This document shows positions 25,994-34,894 of a stretch of DNA of 64,000 nucleotides, one piece after another (position 1 is the first letter of the stretch; the number at the start of each line of letters is the position of its first letter). The DNA is from Gaiellaceae bacterium (lineage in GTDB: Bacteria; Actinomycetota; Thermoleophilia; Gaiellales; Gaiellaceae): assembly GCA_051955535.1 (NCBI GenBank), contig JBQCGP010000085.1, forward strand, positions 19,361-83,360, given 5' to 3'. The notes below the pieces were generated by a model. It was not told the DNA's origin. It searched no databases and saw only the letters and a program-made list of their open reading frames with translations. The translations under genes and the position numbers were made by a program.

Positions 25994-27751
25994 TTGCCGT
26001 GGAACGGGAGAAACTTGATCAAAGCTCACAAGCGACAGCGTCCTGAACGCGGCCAGACGCTGATCTTGATCATGGTCGCGTTGCCGCTGTTTTTCGCGCT
26101 CATGGCGCTCGTCGTCGACGGGGGGAACGTCCTCGTCCACAAGCGGAACATCCAGAATGCCGCCGATGCCGCGGCGCTGGCGGTCGCGCAGAACATCGAT
26201 CTCGCCAGCAATCCACACACCTGCGGGACTTATAAGGGCCAGACCGGAGATCCCGCGTGCAACGCACTGGCGGCGGAGTACAGCGCCAAGAACGGCGTCA
26301 CCGCGAGCATCCACAAGTGCAACGACGCCGACCCCACGAAGCCGACCGACACGAATTGCTGGGCCTACCCCTACGTCGACACGAGCGGTGTCACGCACGC
26401 CGACGAGGCCGAGGTCAGGCTCCAGGCGCCTGTGGCGACATTCTTCGTCGGCGTTGTCGATGCTCTGTTGAACGGCGGCGTCAGCACCACCTTTCATGTG
26501 TCGGCGCGGGCGGTTGCGCAGACAAATCAGGTTCTCGGTGTAACCACGATTCCCGGGCAGACATTCACCGGTTCGACAACCGTGCTTCCGGGAGACACTC
26601 ACACCATTACAGACATGGTCACCCTGAACGAGGGAAGCGGCGTGGCGTTCGCGATGAGCCGCGTCTGCGACTCCATCAGCTACACCGGAGCGGCGTCGGG
26701 AACGTGGGACCAGGCCATTGCAGCTGGATTTCCGGGTTCCGCTTCGGCGCTCGGTGTGTTTGCCACCAACGGTGGCATCAACTTCCAAGGGAACGCGCCC
26801 AAGAAGATGAAACAGCTCGCGTTCGATAAGTCGCGCTGCATGAACGCGCCCAACCACGACCCAGATAGCCCGCCGAGCGGGACGAATCAGTGCACGGCAA
26901 GGGCCTGGGGCACCCCGCCCGGGAACGGCACCGACTCAAACAATCTCTGCGTCCAAACTCTCGTCGATATCGGCTCGCAGCCGATCAATTGGCCGGTGAA
27001 GCCTCCGACGCTTCCGACGCCACTCCCGGCCGGCACGGCCTTCAATCCGTCGACCGACTACCCGTCAAAGTGTGCCGATATCTCCTCTGCGCCCAACGTG
27101 GGCAACAATTGGACGAACACTCACGCACCGGGGATCTACTGCGTGAGCGGCAGCGGCACGAATCTGCAGTTCAGCAGCAACGGGGTCGACCTCACGGGCG
27201 GCGACGGATACACGTTCTTCGCACTCAACGGCGCCACGATCTCCACCAGCGGTAACGGCCTCGCAGTCAAGTTCTACTGGCCGACGGCGAATTGCAACGA
27301 CGTGCGACCGACCGTCTCGCGTTATCCCAACTATGTGTGCTTCGGTCGGACGATCAGCAACTACGACCCTGAGACGCTCTTTTATTCGTCGTCTCCGAGC
27401 ACTGGCGGAACCTGTGCCATCTGCCTGCAGGGGCAGAGCGGCAGTCTGACGGGAGACATCTTCGCCACCAAGCCCGATGCTTTTCCGCCTGTCCCAACCC
27501 TGACCCAGACCGGCGGCCTCGTCAAAGTCGCGGGTGGTGCTCTCAGCGCCGGTCAGGGCTTCATCGAGTGTTGGAACCTCCAGATCTCGGGGAACACCGG
27601 GAACTACCAGGGAACCGGCGCAGGTCTCGTCCTACCCGGCGGGACGCACACGACGACCGACCCTTCGACGACGATCATCAACCCCGGCTCGACCGGCGCT
27701 GCCACCACCGTCGCGACGACCCTGGGCACCACCCTCGACTTAAGTCAGTAA
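25994..27751 (+). CDS. TadG-like (TadE/G N-terminal domain) large pseudopilin/pilus-associated protein
   Basis: ERGQTLILIMVALPLFFALMALVVDGGNVLVHKRNIQNAADAAALAVAQ. The more likely start is TTG 26015, behind GGGAG. Confidence 0.75.
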   Translation: MPWNGRNLIKAHKRQRPERGQTLILIMVALPLFFALMALVVDGGNVLVHKRNIQNAADAAALAVAQNIDLASNPHTCGTYKGQTGDPACNALAAEYSAKNGVTASIHKCNDADPTKPTDTNCWAYPYVDTSGVTHADEAEVRLQAPVATFFVGVVDALLNGGVSTTFHVSARAVAQTNQVLGVTTIPGQTFTGSTTVLPGDTHTITDMVTLNEGSGVAFAMSRVCDSISYTGAASGTWDQAIAAGFPGSASALGVFATNGGINFQGNAPKKMKQLAFDKSRCMNAPNHDPDSPPSGTNQCTARAWGTPPGNGTDSNNLCVQTLVDIGSQPINWPVKPPTLPTPLPAGTAFNPSTDYPSKCADISSAPNVGNNWTNTHAPGIYCVSGSGTNLQFSSNGVDLTGGDGYTFFALNGATISTSGNGLAVKFYWPTANCNDVRPTVSRYPNYVCFGRTISNYDPETLFYSSSPSTGGTCAICLQGQSGSLTGDIFATKPDAFPPVPTLTQTGGLVKVAGGALSAGQGFIECWNLQISGNTGNYQGTGAGLVLPGGTHTTTDPSTTIINPGSTGAATTVATTLGTTLDLSQ

Positions 27752-27757
27752 CAGCGG

Positions 27758-28390
27758 CTAGTGCTCGACTTGCGGGTTGTCGATCAGCCCGTGCTCGTAC
27801 GCGTAGCGGGCCGCTTCGGTTCTGTTGGCCACGTCGAGCTTCCGGTAGATGTTCGTAAGGTGGAACTTGACGGTCTGCTCGGCGACCCAGAGCTCCTTCG
27901 CGATCGCCTTGTTCGAGAGCCCGCTCGCGAGCGCCTTGAGGATCGCGGTCTCGCGCTCGGTGAGCCCCGCCGCCTTGACGGCGTCGTCCTGCGCGCGCTT
28001 CTCGGGTAGGCCGATCGCACTGAAGACGGTGCCGTCGAGCGCCTGCCGCAGCGCCGAGGCGAGGTCGATCGGGTTGACGCTCTTGACGATGTAGGCCGCA
28101 GCGCCGTGGTTCAGAACCGTCTGGACGACCTCCGGGTCCGTCGACACCGAAAGGATCACGACCTTTACTTTCGGATGCTGCGTGCGGATCCGGTCGAGGC
28201 AGGTCAGCCCGTCCATCTCGGGCATGCGGAGGTCGAGCAGGGCGAGATCGGGGTTCGTCTGCGAAACGAGGGGCAGCACCTGGCTGCCGACGCGCGCCTC
28301 CGCGACGACCTCGAACTGGTCGTCCTCTTCGAGCGCTCGTTTGATTCCGGCGAGAATGAGCGGATGATCGTCCGCAATCAATACGCGCAT
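27758..28390 (-). CDS. NarL/FixJ-type response regulator (REC + LuxR HTH)
   Basis: MRVLIADDHPL...LLDLRMPEMDG...KVVILS...GAAAYIVK plus LTERETAILKALASGLSNKAIAKELWVAEQTVKFHLTNIYRKL. Confidence 0.9.
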   Translation of the reverse strand: MRVLIADDHPLILAGIKRALEEDDQFEVVAEARVGSQVLPLVSQTNPDLALLDLRMPEMDGLTCLDRIRTQHPKVKVVILSVSTDPEVVQTVLNHGAAAYIVKSVNPIDLASALRQALDGTVFSAIGLPEKRAQDDAVKAAGLTERETAILKALASGLSNKAIAKELWVAEQTVKFHLTNIYRKLDVANRTEAARYAYEHGLIDNPQVEH

Positions 28391-28428
28391 GCACGAAACA
28401 TAGTCAACCGGCCGGAAGCTCCAATCCG

Positions 28429-29097
28429 TTGCATGGGGCCTTCGACGTGACGGGCTCGCTACATGTGCTCGTGGCAGACGCCCACCTTCCCACCAGGACT
28501 GGCCTTCGCCTGCTCCTCGAGCGCAACGGCTTCGAGGTTGCCGCCGAGGCCGCGGATGCGAGTGCGGCGCTCCGGGCGGCGTTGCGTGAGCGGCCGGCGC
28601 TCTGCTTGATCGATGCGCGGCTTCGCGGCGGCGGCATCCGGGTCGCGGGGCGGATCTGCGCCCGCGTGCCACAGACCGAGGTCGTGGTGCTAACCGATGC
28701 CGCCGACGAGCACGAGTTGCTCGAGGTCGTCCGCGCCGGCGCCTCGGGCTACCTTCAGAAGAATCTGCCGCCCGAAACGCTCGCGCGAGCCCTGCACGGA
28801 GTGCTGGACGGTGAGGCCGCCTTCCCGCGCGCGATGCTCGGCCCGGTGCTGGAGGAGTTCCGGATGCGGAACCAGCGCCGCCGTCTCAAGCTGCCTGCGC
28901 GTCCGGCGATCGAGCTGAGCCGGCGCGAGTCCGAAGTGCTCGACCTGCTGCGCCGGGGCCTGAGCACGGCAGAGATCGCCGACCGTCTCGACATCTCGCC
29001 GGTTACCGTCCGCCGCCACATCGGGCTGCTGCTCAAGAAGCTGAACGTCGCGACCCGAGCGGCGGCGCTGAAGCTGCTCGACCGCTCCGGCGGTTAG
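28429..29097 (+). CDS. LuxR-family response regulator (atypical acidic pocket)
   Basis: VLVADAHLPTR...CLIDARLRGGG...VVVLT...GASGYLQK plus LSRRESEVLDLLRRGLSTAEIADRLDISPVTVRRHI. The start is uncertain (TTG 28429 or GTG 28447). Confidence 0.8.
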   Translation: MHGAFDVTGSLHVLVADAHLPTRTGLRLLLERNGFEVAAEAADASAALRAALRERPALCLIDARLRGGGIRVAGRICARVPQTEVVVLTDAADEHELLEVVRAGASGYLQKNLPPETLARALHGVLDGEAAFPRAMLGPVLEEFRMRNQRRRLKLPARPAIELSRRESEVLDLLRRGLSTAEIADRLDISPVTVRRHIGLLLKKLNVATRAAALKLLDRSGG

Positions 29098-30659
29098 AAG
29101 GCTCTCTCGAGCTCCGGATCGGCCTGAGACTCTGCGACGGGCTGCCAGTGCGGCAGGACGAGTCTCAGCGTCGTCGGCCCGCCGGGACGGCTGTCAACGT
29201 CGAACGTTCCCCCGAGCAGCCGGACGCGCTCGCCCATTCCGACCAGACCGAGCCGGCCGTTCTTCGCTGCTCGAATCAGCGTCTTGGCCACCTCGAACCC
29301 GCGGCCGTCGTCTGCGATCTCGGCCACCGTGCCGCTCGGGCCGCCGTGCACTCGGATCTGCACGTGCTTCGCCTTGCTGTGCTCCCTGACGTTCGCCAGT
29401 CCTTCCTGAACGATCCGGTAGAGCGCGATCCGCTGGGAGGCGGACATCGAGTCGAAGTCGCCCTCGAAATCGAGCGTCACACGGATCTTCGAGCGTCGCT
29501 CGAACGAGTCGACTTCACGCTCGAACGCCTCGATGAGCGGCCGGTCGAGCACGCTCGCAGGCTCCAGCGATTGCGCGAGCTCACGCAGCGTCCGGTCGAG
29601 CTCGGCGATCTGGGAGGTCAGATCCTCGAGCCGGCCGGCGAACAATCTCCCTTGCCGGCCGCCGATGTGCTCGGAAACTTGCATTTGCGCAAGCCGCACG
29701 TCTGCGGCGAGAGCGACGAGATCCTGGAGCGGGCCGTCGTGGAGGTCGAAGCCGAGCCGTAGAAGACGCCGCTCGCCTGCCTCGACGAGCGCGCGCTCGC
29801 GCTCCGCATTCCGCTCGAGGAGCATGTCGCGCTCCAGCACGGGGGAGAGTAGAGCCGCCGTCTCCTTGAGGAAGGTGAGCGCCTGGGCGCGGCAGTCGGG
29901 GCGGGCGCGGACGACGAGGGCACCATACGGCTGCTGCCACCGCTTTACCGGCACGCTGTGGATCCAGCCGCGCTCGCTAGTGTCGCCGTCGCCGGTTCCT
30001 TCGAGGGTCGCACGCGCGGCGTTGCGGACGCGGCGGGTTGGATCGCTGTCACCGACGCTGACCGTGCAGGTCAAGTCGCCGAGGGGACTCGTCGTCCAGA
30101 GCGAGACATCGGAGATCGGGGCGAGCGCCACGAGCAGGCCGAGCTGGAGCTCGACTGCGGTAAGCGGCGGCAGCTCGAGCAATCGGGGATTCGAGGCGGC
30201 ACGGAGGAAGATGTCGAGCGAGACGCCTTCGGTGGAGGAGCCGATGGCCTTTGCGACGGCCGAGACCATCTCGGCGGCGGTGCCTTGGGGGAGAGCCCGC
30301 TCCAGCTTCAGGCCTGTCAGCGCGTCGGCCGCAAACGCGAGCGCTGCGGACCGAAGCGCCTCGTCGTCGCCGCCAGCAGTCGCCGCAAGGGAGCGTGCGC
30401 GCCGGCCGGCTGCGGCAAACGCTGCAGCTGTGTCGGGATGACCATCGAAGCGGGCGAAGTCCGCCTCTAGATCGTCGAGCAGTTTCCGCGAGCGCGCGTT
30501 TCCGGCAAAGCTCGCCGCGTGGTCGGAAAGATCGACCACCACCGAGCCCCCCCGATTCAGTTGTGCTCGATCCACGCCCCTCCGTTTCCGCAGCGGGCCC
30601 CGAGATCTCCCGGCTCGGGCACCGCACGGGATATTGGTCAGGCTGGTCGGATCCGACAA
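29094..30659 (-). CDS. sensor histidine kinase (GAF-like N-terminal region + HisKA_3 + HATPase_c)
   Basis: LRLGFDLHDGPLQDLVAL (H-box), QEGLANVREHS (N-box), DDGRGF and GLVGMGERV. The start is uncertain. Confidence 0.85.
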   Translation of the reverse strand: MSDPTSLTNIPCGARAGRSRGPLRKRRGVDRAQLNRGGSVVVDLSDHAASFAGNARSRKLLDDLEADFARFDGHPDTAAAFAAAGRRARSLAATAGGDDEALRSAALAFAADALTGLKLERALPQGTAAEMVSAVAKAIGSSTEGVSLDIFLRAASNPRLLELPPLTAVELQLGLLVALAPISDVSLWTTSPLGDLTCTVSVGDSDPTRRVRNAARATLEGTGDGDTSERGWIHSVPVKRWQQPYGALVVRARPDCRAQALTFLKETAALLSPVLERDMLLERNAERERALVEAGERRLLRLGFDLHDGPLQDLVALAADVRLAQMQVSEHIGGRQGRLFAGRLEDLTSQIAELDRTLRELAQSLEPASVLDRPLIEAFEREVDSFERRSKIRVTLDFEGDFDSMSASQRIALYRIVQEGLANVREHSKAKHVQIRVHGGPSGTVAEIADDGRGFEVAKTLIRAAKNGRLGLVGMGERVRLLGGTFDVDSRPGGPTTLRLVLPHWQPVAESQADPELERAF

Positions 30660-30729
30660 GGGCCGAGCGGGACGGCTCGGTGTTCAATAAATGAACGCAT
30701 ATCAGGGCCTGTAGAACCGGGGTTCGGCG

Positions 30730-31317
30730 TCAGTGTCCGCCCAAGAAGAAGACGACGAGACCGCCGACCGCGAGGAACGGCCCGAAGGCGATCGCCCTCT
30801 TCCGCGCGCCGACGCCCTCGCGGGCCAGGACGAGGAGCGCAACGGCTCCGCCAGCTAGTACCGCGAACCCGATCGCCACGGTGACCGACTTGCCGAGAGC
30901 GGCGCCGAGCAATGCGGCCAGCTTCACGTCTCCCATGCCCATCCCGGCCGGATAGATCAGCATCGGGATGAAGAAGAAGAGGGCCGCACCGAGCGAGGCG
31001 AGCACCCACTCCAGCGTGTGGTGGGGATGAAAGGCAATTTGCAAGACGAGGACCGCGCCCAGGGCGGGCAGGACGATGGCGTCCGGGATCAGTCGCCGGT
31101 CGAGGTCGATGACGGCCAGAAGCAGGAGCGTCGGCGCGAAGATCACTCCGACCAGCCCGTGCCCGCTGAAGCCGAAGCGGACGACGCTGGCGATAGCCAG
31201 TAGTGCGCCGCCATACAGGACAACGACCCGTTGAGCGTGCGAGAGCGAGAGGATGTGCGCCCGCGCGGACAGGCGAGGCGGCGCCTCGACCGAGGAAGAC
31301 CCTGCCTGGGCGCTCAT
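30730..31317 (-). CDS. A24-family prepilin peptidase (TadV/CpaA-like)
   Basis: LLAVIDLDRRLIPD and GMGMGDVKLAALLG supply the two catalytic Asp motifs. ATG 31317 overlaps the upstream stop. Confidence 0.85.
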   Translation of the reverse strand: MSAQAGSSSVEAPPRLSARAHILSLSHAQRVVVLYGGALLAIASVVRFGFSGHGLVGVIFAPTLLLLAVIDLDRRLIPDAIVLPALGAVLVLQIAFHPHHTLEWVLASLGAALFFFIPMLIYPAGMGMGDVKLAALLGAALGKSVTVAIGFAVLAGGAVALLVLAREGVGARKRAIAFGPFLAVGGLVVFFLGGH

Positions 31318-32096
31318 TTCGTCGCGGTCGTGTGTGCGCGCCGGATGTCCTCGGTGAGGGTTTCCATCGCCTCCCACTTGTCCGCGACCCGAAGCCCGGC
31401 GTTCGGCTTCGGCCGCTCGTCGTCTGAGACGAGGAGAACGGAAACCTGGGGATGGAGTGCCTCGATCGCCGCGACGGTGCGCGCAGCCTCGCTGAGCGAC
31501 TCGCTCGCATCGAGGACGGCAACGTCCATCCACAAGCGGCCGACGATGTCGACTGCTTGCGACATCTTCTTTGTCGTCTCGACCGTGAAACCGTTTCGTG
31601 TGAGCAGGAAGTGGGCGAGCCGGGTGAAGTCATCGTCGCGAGTTGCGATCAAGACGCGGATCGGCCGTGTGGGCGACGTGACGCCATCCGCCATGCCTGC
31701 GGTCACGGGCGCGACCACGGCTCCGTTCACTCCTCGAGCGGCCCAGGTCAGCCGGTCGCCCGGCTTCATCCCCCGGCGCTCGGCCTCCCCTGATGCGAGC
31801 TCGACCACATCGCGTGCGCCACGGCAGACCGACACGCGGAACGGCTTCAGGTTCTTGACAACCTTGAGTACGACCTGGTCCTGGTCGACGAACGCGACAT
31901 CGATCGCGAACAGAAGGAACGCCGTATGAATCGACCAGCCGGGCCGCAAGACGATGCCTTCGCCCGGTCGGAGCTCCCGCCTACCCAGGAGGCCGCGAAG
32001 ACGCCGGAACGTCGTGTCAGCAACGACGCAGCGGTCGCAGAGCACCTCACCGTCGTCTTCCCGTCGGAGAATGAGTGCGCCAGCGGGTCCGGCCAT
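31314..32096 (-). CDS. DUF192 domain fused to a receiver-like (REC) domain
   Basis: The N-terminal ~125 aa (ADTTFRRLRGLLGR..L.PGEGIVL.P..SIHT.....IDV.F.D...V......LKP) is DUF192-like. The C-terminal ~125 aa (IRVLIATRDDD...DVAVLDAS...VLLVSD...ADKW) has a CheY-like pattern. Confidence 0.65.
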   Translation of the reverse strand: MAGPAGALILRREDDGEVLCDRCVVADTTFRRLRGLLGRRELRPGEGIVLRPGWSIHTAFLLFAIDVAFVDQDQVVLKVVKNLKPFRVSVCRGARDVVELASGEAERRGMKPGDRLTWAARGVNGAVVAPVTAGMADGVTSPTRPIRVLIATRDDDFTRLAHFLLTRNGFTVETTKKMSQAVDIVGRLWMDVAVLDASESLSEAARTVAAIEALHPQVSVLLVSDDERPKPNAGLRVADKWEAMETLTEDIRRAHTTATK

Positions 32097-32097
32097 C

Positions 32098-33015
32098 TCA
32101 GTGGTGAGTGACGCCGAAGATCTTGCCGATCGAGTAGAAGGTCGGACCGAGCAAGACGATGAACATGGCAGGGAAGATCAGGAAGACGAGCGGGAACAGG
32201 ATCTTGATCGGCGCCTTCTGAGCGCGCTCCTCGGCTGCGGCGCGGCGGCGCTTCCGCATCTCGATCGCGAGGTTTCGCATGATCTGACCCGTCGAGGTGC
32301 CCAGAGTCTCTCCCTGGAGGACGGAGCGCACGAACGTGCGCATCCCGGGCGTGTCGGTTCGGGACAGCATTCCCTTCAGGGCCTCGTTCGTCGTCAGCCC
32401 CATTCGTTGCTCCTGGAGCGTCAACCGTAGTTCGACCCCGAGCGGTCCCTCGAGTCGGTCGGCCGCCATCTGCAGCGAGGCGAGGAAGCTTAGGCCGGCC
32501 TCGAGGGTGACGACCAGCAAATCGATCAGCTCTGGTAGTTCGTGGTCGATCGCCTCGGTCCGCTCACGCGCCCGCCTGTCGAGCATCAACATCGGCAGGA
32601 TCCAGCCGACGAACGCGAAGAAGGCGGCGCCCAGGATGGCCATCGCGGAGGCCAGTCCGGCCGAGAGGGAGAACCACAACCAGCCGATCGGAAGTGCGAG
32701 TCCGAGCAGGATGCGGTAGCCGATGACCATCCGCGGGCTCGTCTCGTACAGGCCGGCGGCGATCAACTTCTTCCTGATCCCGCCCTCGCCGCCTTTGACG
32801 GTGCTCGGCGCAAGACCGCCGATCTGGTCGGCGAGTCGCTGTAGGAAGCTGCCTTGCGGTTTTTCGACTTCAACGCTTGGCTCAGCCGAGAAGCCGTACG
32901 CGCCGATCTGCTCGATCGACTCGGCGGTCCGCGCCTGCGAGAAGCGCCATCCCTGCAGGATGAGCGTGACCGCTCCCGCGAGAAGCAGTAGACCGAGGAT
33001 GAGGACGAGTATCAC
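32098..33015 (-). CDS. type II secretion F-domain protein (TadC-like)
   Basis: 305 aa with an N-terminal TM helix and a T2SSF-like core (ELPELIDLLVVTLEAGLSF..SL......L.GPL..EL). Confidence 0.85.
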   Translation of the reverse strand: MILVLILGLLLLAGAVTLILQGWRFSQARTAESIEQIGAYGFSAEPSVEVEKPQGSFLQRLADQIGGLAPSTVKGGEGGIRKKLIAAGLYETSPRMVIGYRILLGLALPIGWLWFSLSAGLASAMAILGAAFFAFVGWILPMLMLDRRARERTEAIDHELPELIDLLVVTLEAGLSFLASLQMAADRLEGPLGVELRLTLQEQRMGLTTNEALKGMLSRTDTPGMRTFVRSVLQGETLGTSTGQIMRNLAIEMRKRRRAAAEERAQKAPIKILFPLVFLIFPAMFIVLLGPTFYSIGKIFGVTHH

Positions 33016-33025
33016 GCCGACCTCC

Positions 33026-34894
33026 TCAGATCTCGATCTCGACGATCCGCTTGATGACCAGTGAGCCGGCGACGATCAAGAGCGCCCCGACGACAAGGAT
33101 GACCTTTCCGGACGTGTGGGTAAAGAGTGGCTTCATGTACGTGGGGTTGATCGCCGAGATCAGCAGCAGCAGCCCCACGGGCAGGGCGGAAACGATCCAG
33201 CGCGACAACCGCCCCTGCGCCGTCAGGGTTCGCACCAGCCGGCGGAGCGCCTGACGCTCGCGGATGTTCTCGGTGACGCGATCGAGGACCTCGGCCGCGT
33301 TACCGCCCGTCTCTCGCTGGAGCGACGAAACCAGTGCGACCTGTTCGATGTCGCGGTTGTTCATCCGCTGTCCGACGGTTGTGAGTGCGTCCTCGAGCGG
33401 AATGCCGAGCTGCTCATCGGCGACCACGCGCTGGAATTCGCTGCGCGACGGCTCATCCGCATCGTTGATCACGAGTGAGAGCCCGCCGACGAGGCTATGG
33501 CCCGCGCGGAGGCCGGACGCTACGACGTCGAGGTTGTCCGGAAGTTGGTCGCCGAACGCGCGACGCTTCTTTTCAACCCGATTCTTGATGAAGCCGCGGA
33601 CCAAGAACGGCACCACCAGGCCCACCAACGCGAGCGGGCCGGCGATGAAGGTGCCGAGAAGCCACATCACCAGAAGCGTGAGGACGAGGGTGCCGACGAG
33701 TAGCTGAACCGGTGGGATCCGAATGTCGGCCAGCTCCAGGCTCTCTTTGAAGTTCTGCCACCAGCGTGTCCTCTGGAGCGACTGCTCGGTGCCCTCGAAC
33801 ACGCGGCTGGCGAGATCGTCGCGGGTCCCATCCCGGTGTTGTGGGGCGGTCGAGACGAACTCCGACAGCCGCGCCCGAACGTTGCTACCCGTCGGACGAA
33901 GTGCGGTGTAGAGCCCGAGGCCAATTAGCCCGGCAACGAGCAGGGCGACGAGGATCAACGCGGGCCACGAGCGCCAGATTCGGTTCTGGAGCGGCTGGGT
34001 AACCCGCTCGGTCGTCGCCGGCGGTGCGCTGTACGAGAGCCTGGAATCGCCGATTCCCTGGACAGCGACGCTGACCCGCGTGTGCGTGCCCGGGTCGACG
34101 AGCGACTTGTAGGTAACGAGATACTGGTTCGCAAGCTTCAGGCCGAGCTGGTCGTAGATTGCAGCCAGCTCGGTTGAATTGCGGGCCTCCGAGAAGGTGC
34201 CGCCTGTGGCCGCCGCCAGCCCGTGCAGCGTCGCCGGCCGGAACGTCCGCCCGCGCAGACCGACGCTGTAGACATGGACGTGTGCCTGTTGGGCGAGGTT
34301 GGCGACCTGGTCGAGCGTCAGCGTGCTGCCGGTGTCGCCTCCGTCGGAGAGCAGGACGACGACGCCCGACTGGACGCGCGCAGCTTGGATTTGAGAGATT
34401 GCCTGAGCCACGGCGTCGTAGATGTGTGTGCCGTACGCAAGCTGCGGCGTGCGACCCAGTGCCGCGTCAATCTTCTTCTGCGAGCTGGTGAACGGCATCG
34501 CGAGACGGTTCGACGAGTTGAAGGTGACGAGCGCCAGCTGTTGATTGACGTTCCTTCGAGCCGCGAAGGCGCGGGCGGCGTACATGGCGCCTCGGATCGG
34601 GGCGCCGTGCATGCTCTCGCTTGTGTCGATCACGAGCGCGGCACCGAACGTCCCCCCGGCGGCGCTTGCCGGGACGACCCTCGGGTCGAGCACGGGCTTC
34701 CCGTTCTCGAGCACCCTGAAGCGCGAGGGGAGGATCCGCTGACCAGTGGGCAGCGTGACGACGATCGCCCGGTCCGGCCATGTCGCCTTGCCGGTTGGAG
34801 TCGCCTGGACCCCCGATCCGGCCGCGGCCGTCGCGACGAGGGCGGCGGCCGCGGCCAGTGCCGCAGCAAGGGCGATGACGAAGCGTTTGCTCAC
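33026..34894 (-). CDS. vWA domain - TadB (T2SSF) fusion protein
   Basis: Signal peptide. vWA MIDAS-like LVIDTSESM...THIYDA...VVLLSDGGDTGS. TM helices. C-terminal T2SSF core (QLPDNLDVVASGLRAGHSLVGGL...). Confidence 0.8.
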   Translation of the reverse strand: MSKRFVIALAAALAAAAALVATAAAGSGVQATPTGKATWPDRAIVVTLPTGQRILPSRFRVLENGKPVLDPRVVPASAAGGTFGAALVIDTSESMHGAPIRGAMYAARAFAARRNVNQQLALVTFNSSNRLAMPFTSSQKKIDAALGRTPQLAYGTHIYDAVAQAISQIQAARVQSGVVVLLSDGGDTGSTLTLDQVANLAQQAHVHVYSVGLRGRTFRPATLHGLAAATGGTFSEARNSTELAAIYDQLGLKLANQYLVTYKSLVDPGTHTRVSVAVQGIGDSRLSYSAPPATTERVTQPLQNRIWRSWPALILVALLVAGLIGLGLYTALRPTGSNVRARLSEFVSTAPQHRDGTRDDLASRVFEGTEQSLQRTRWWQNFKESLELADIRIPPVQLLVGTLVLTLLVMWLLGTFIAGPLALVGLVVPFLVRGFIKNRVEKKRRAFGDQLPDNLDVVASGLRAGHSLVGGLSLVINDADEPSRSEFQRVVADEQLGIPLEDALTTVGQRMNNRDIEQVALVSSLQRETGGNAAEVLDRVTENIRERQALRRLVRTLTAQGRLSRWIVSALPVGLLLLISAINPTYMKPLFTHTSGKVILVVGALLIVAGSLVIKRIVEIEI

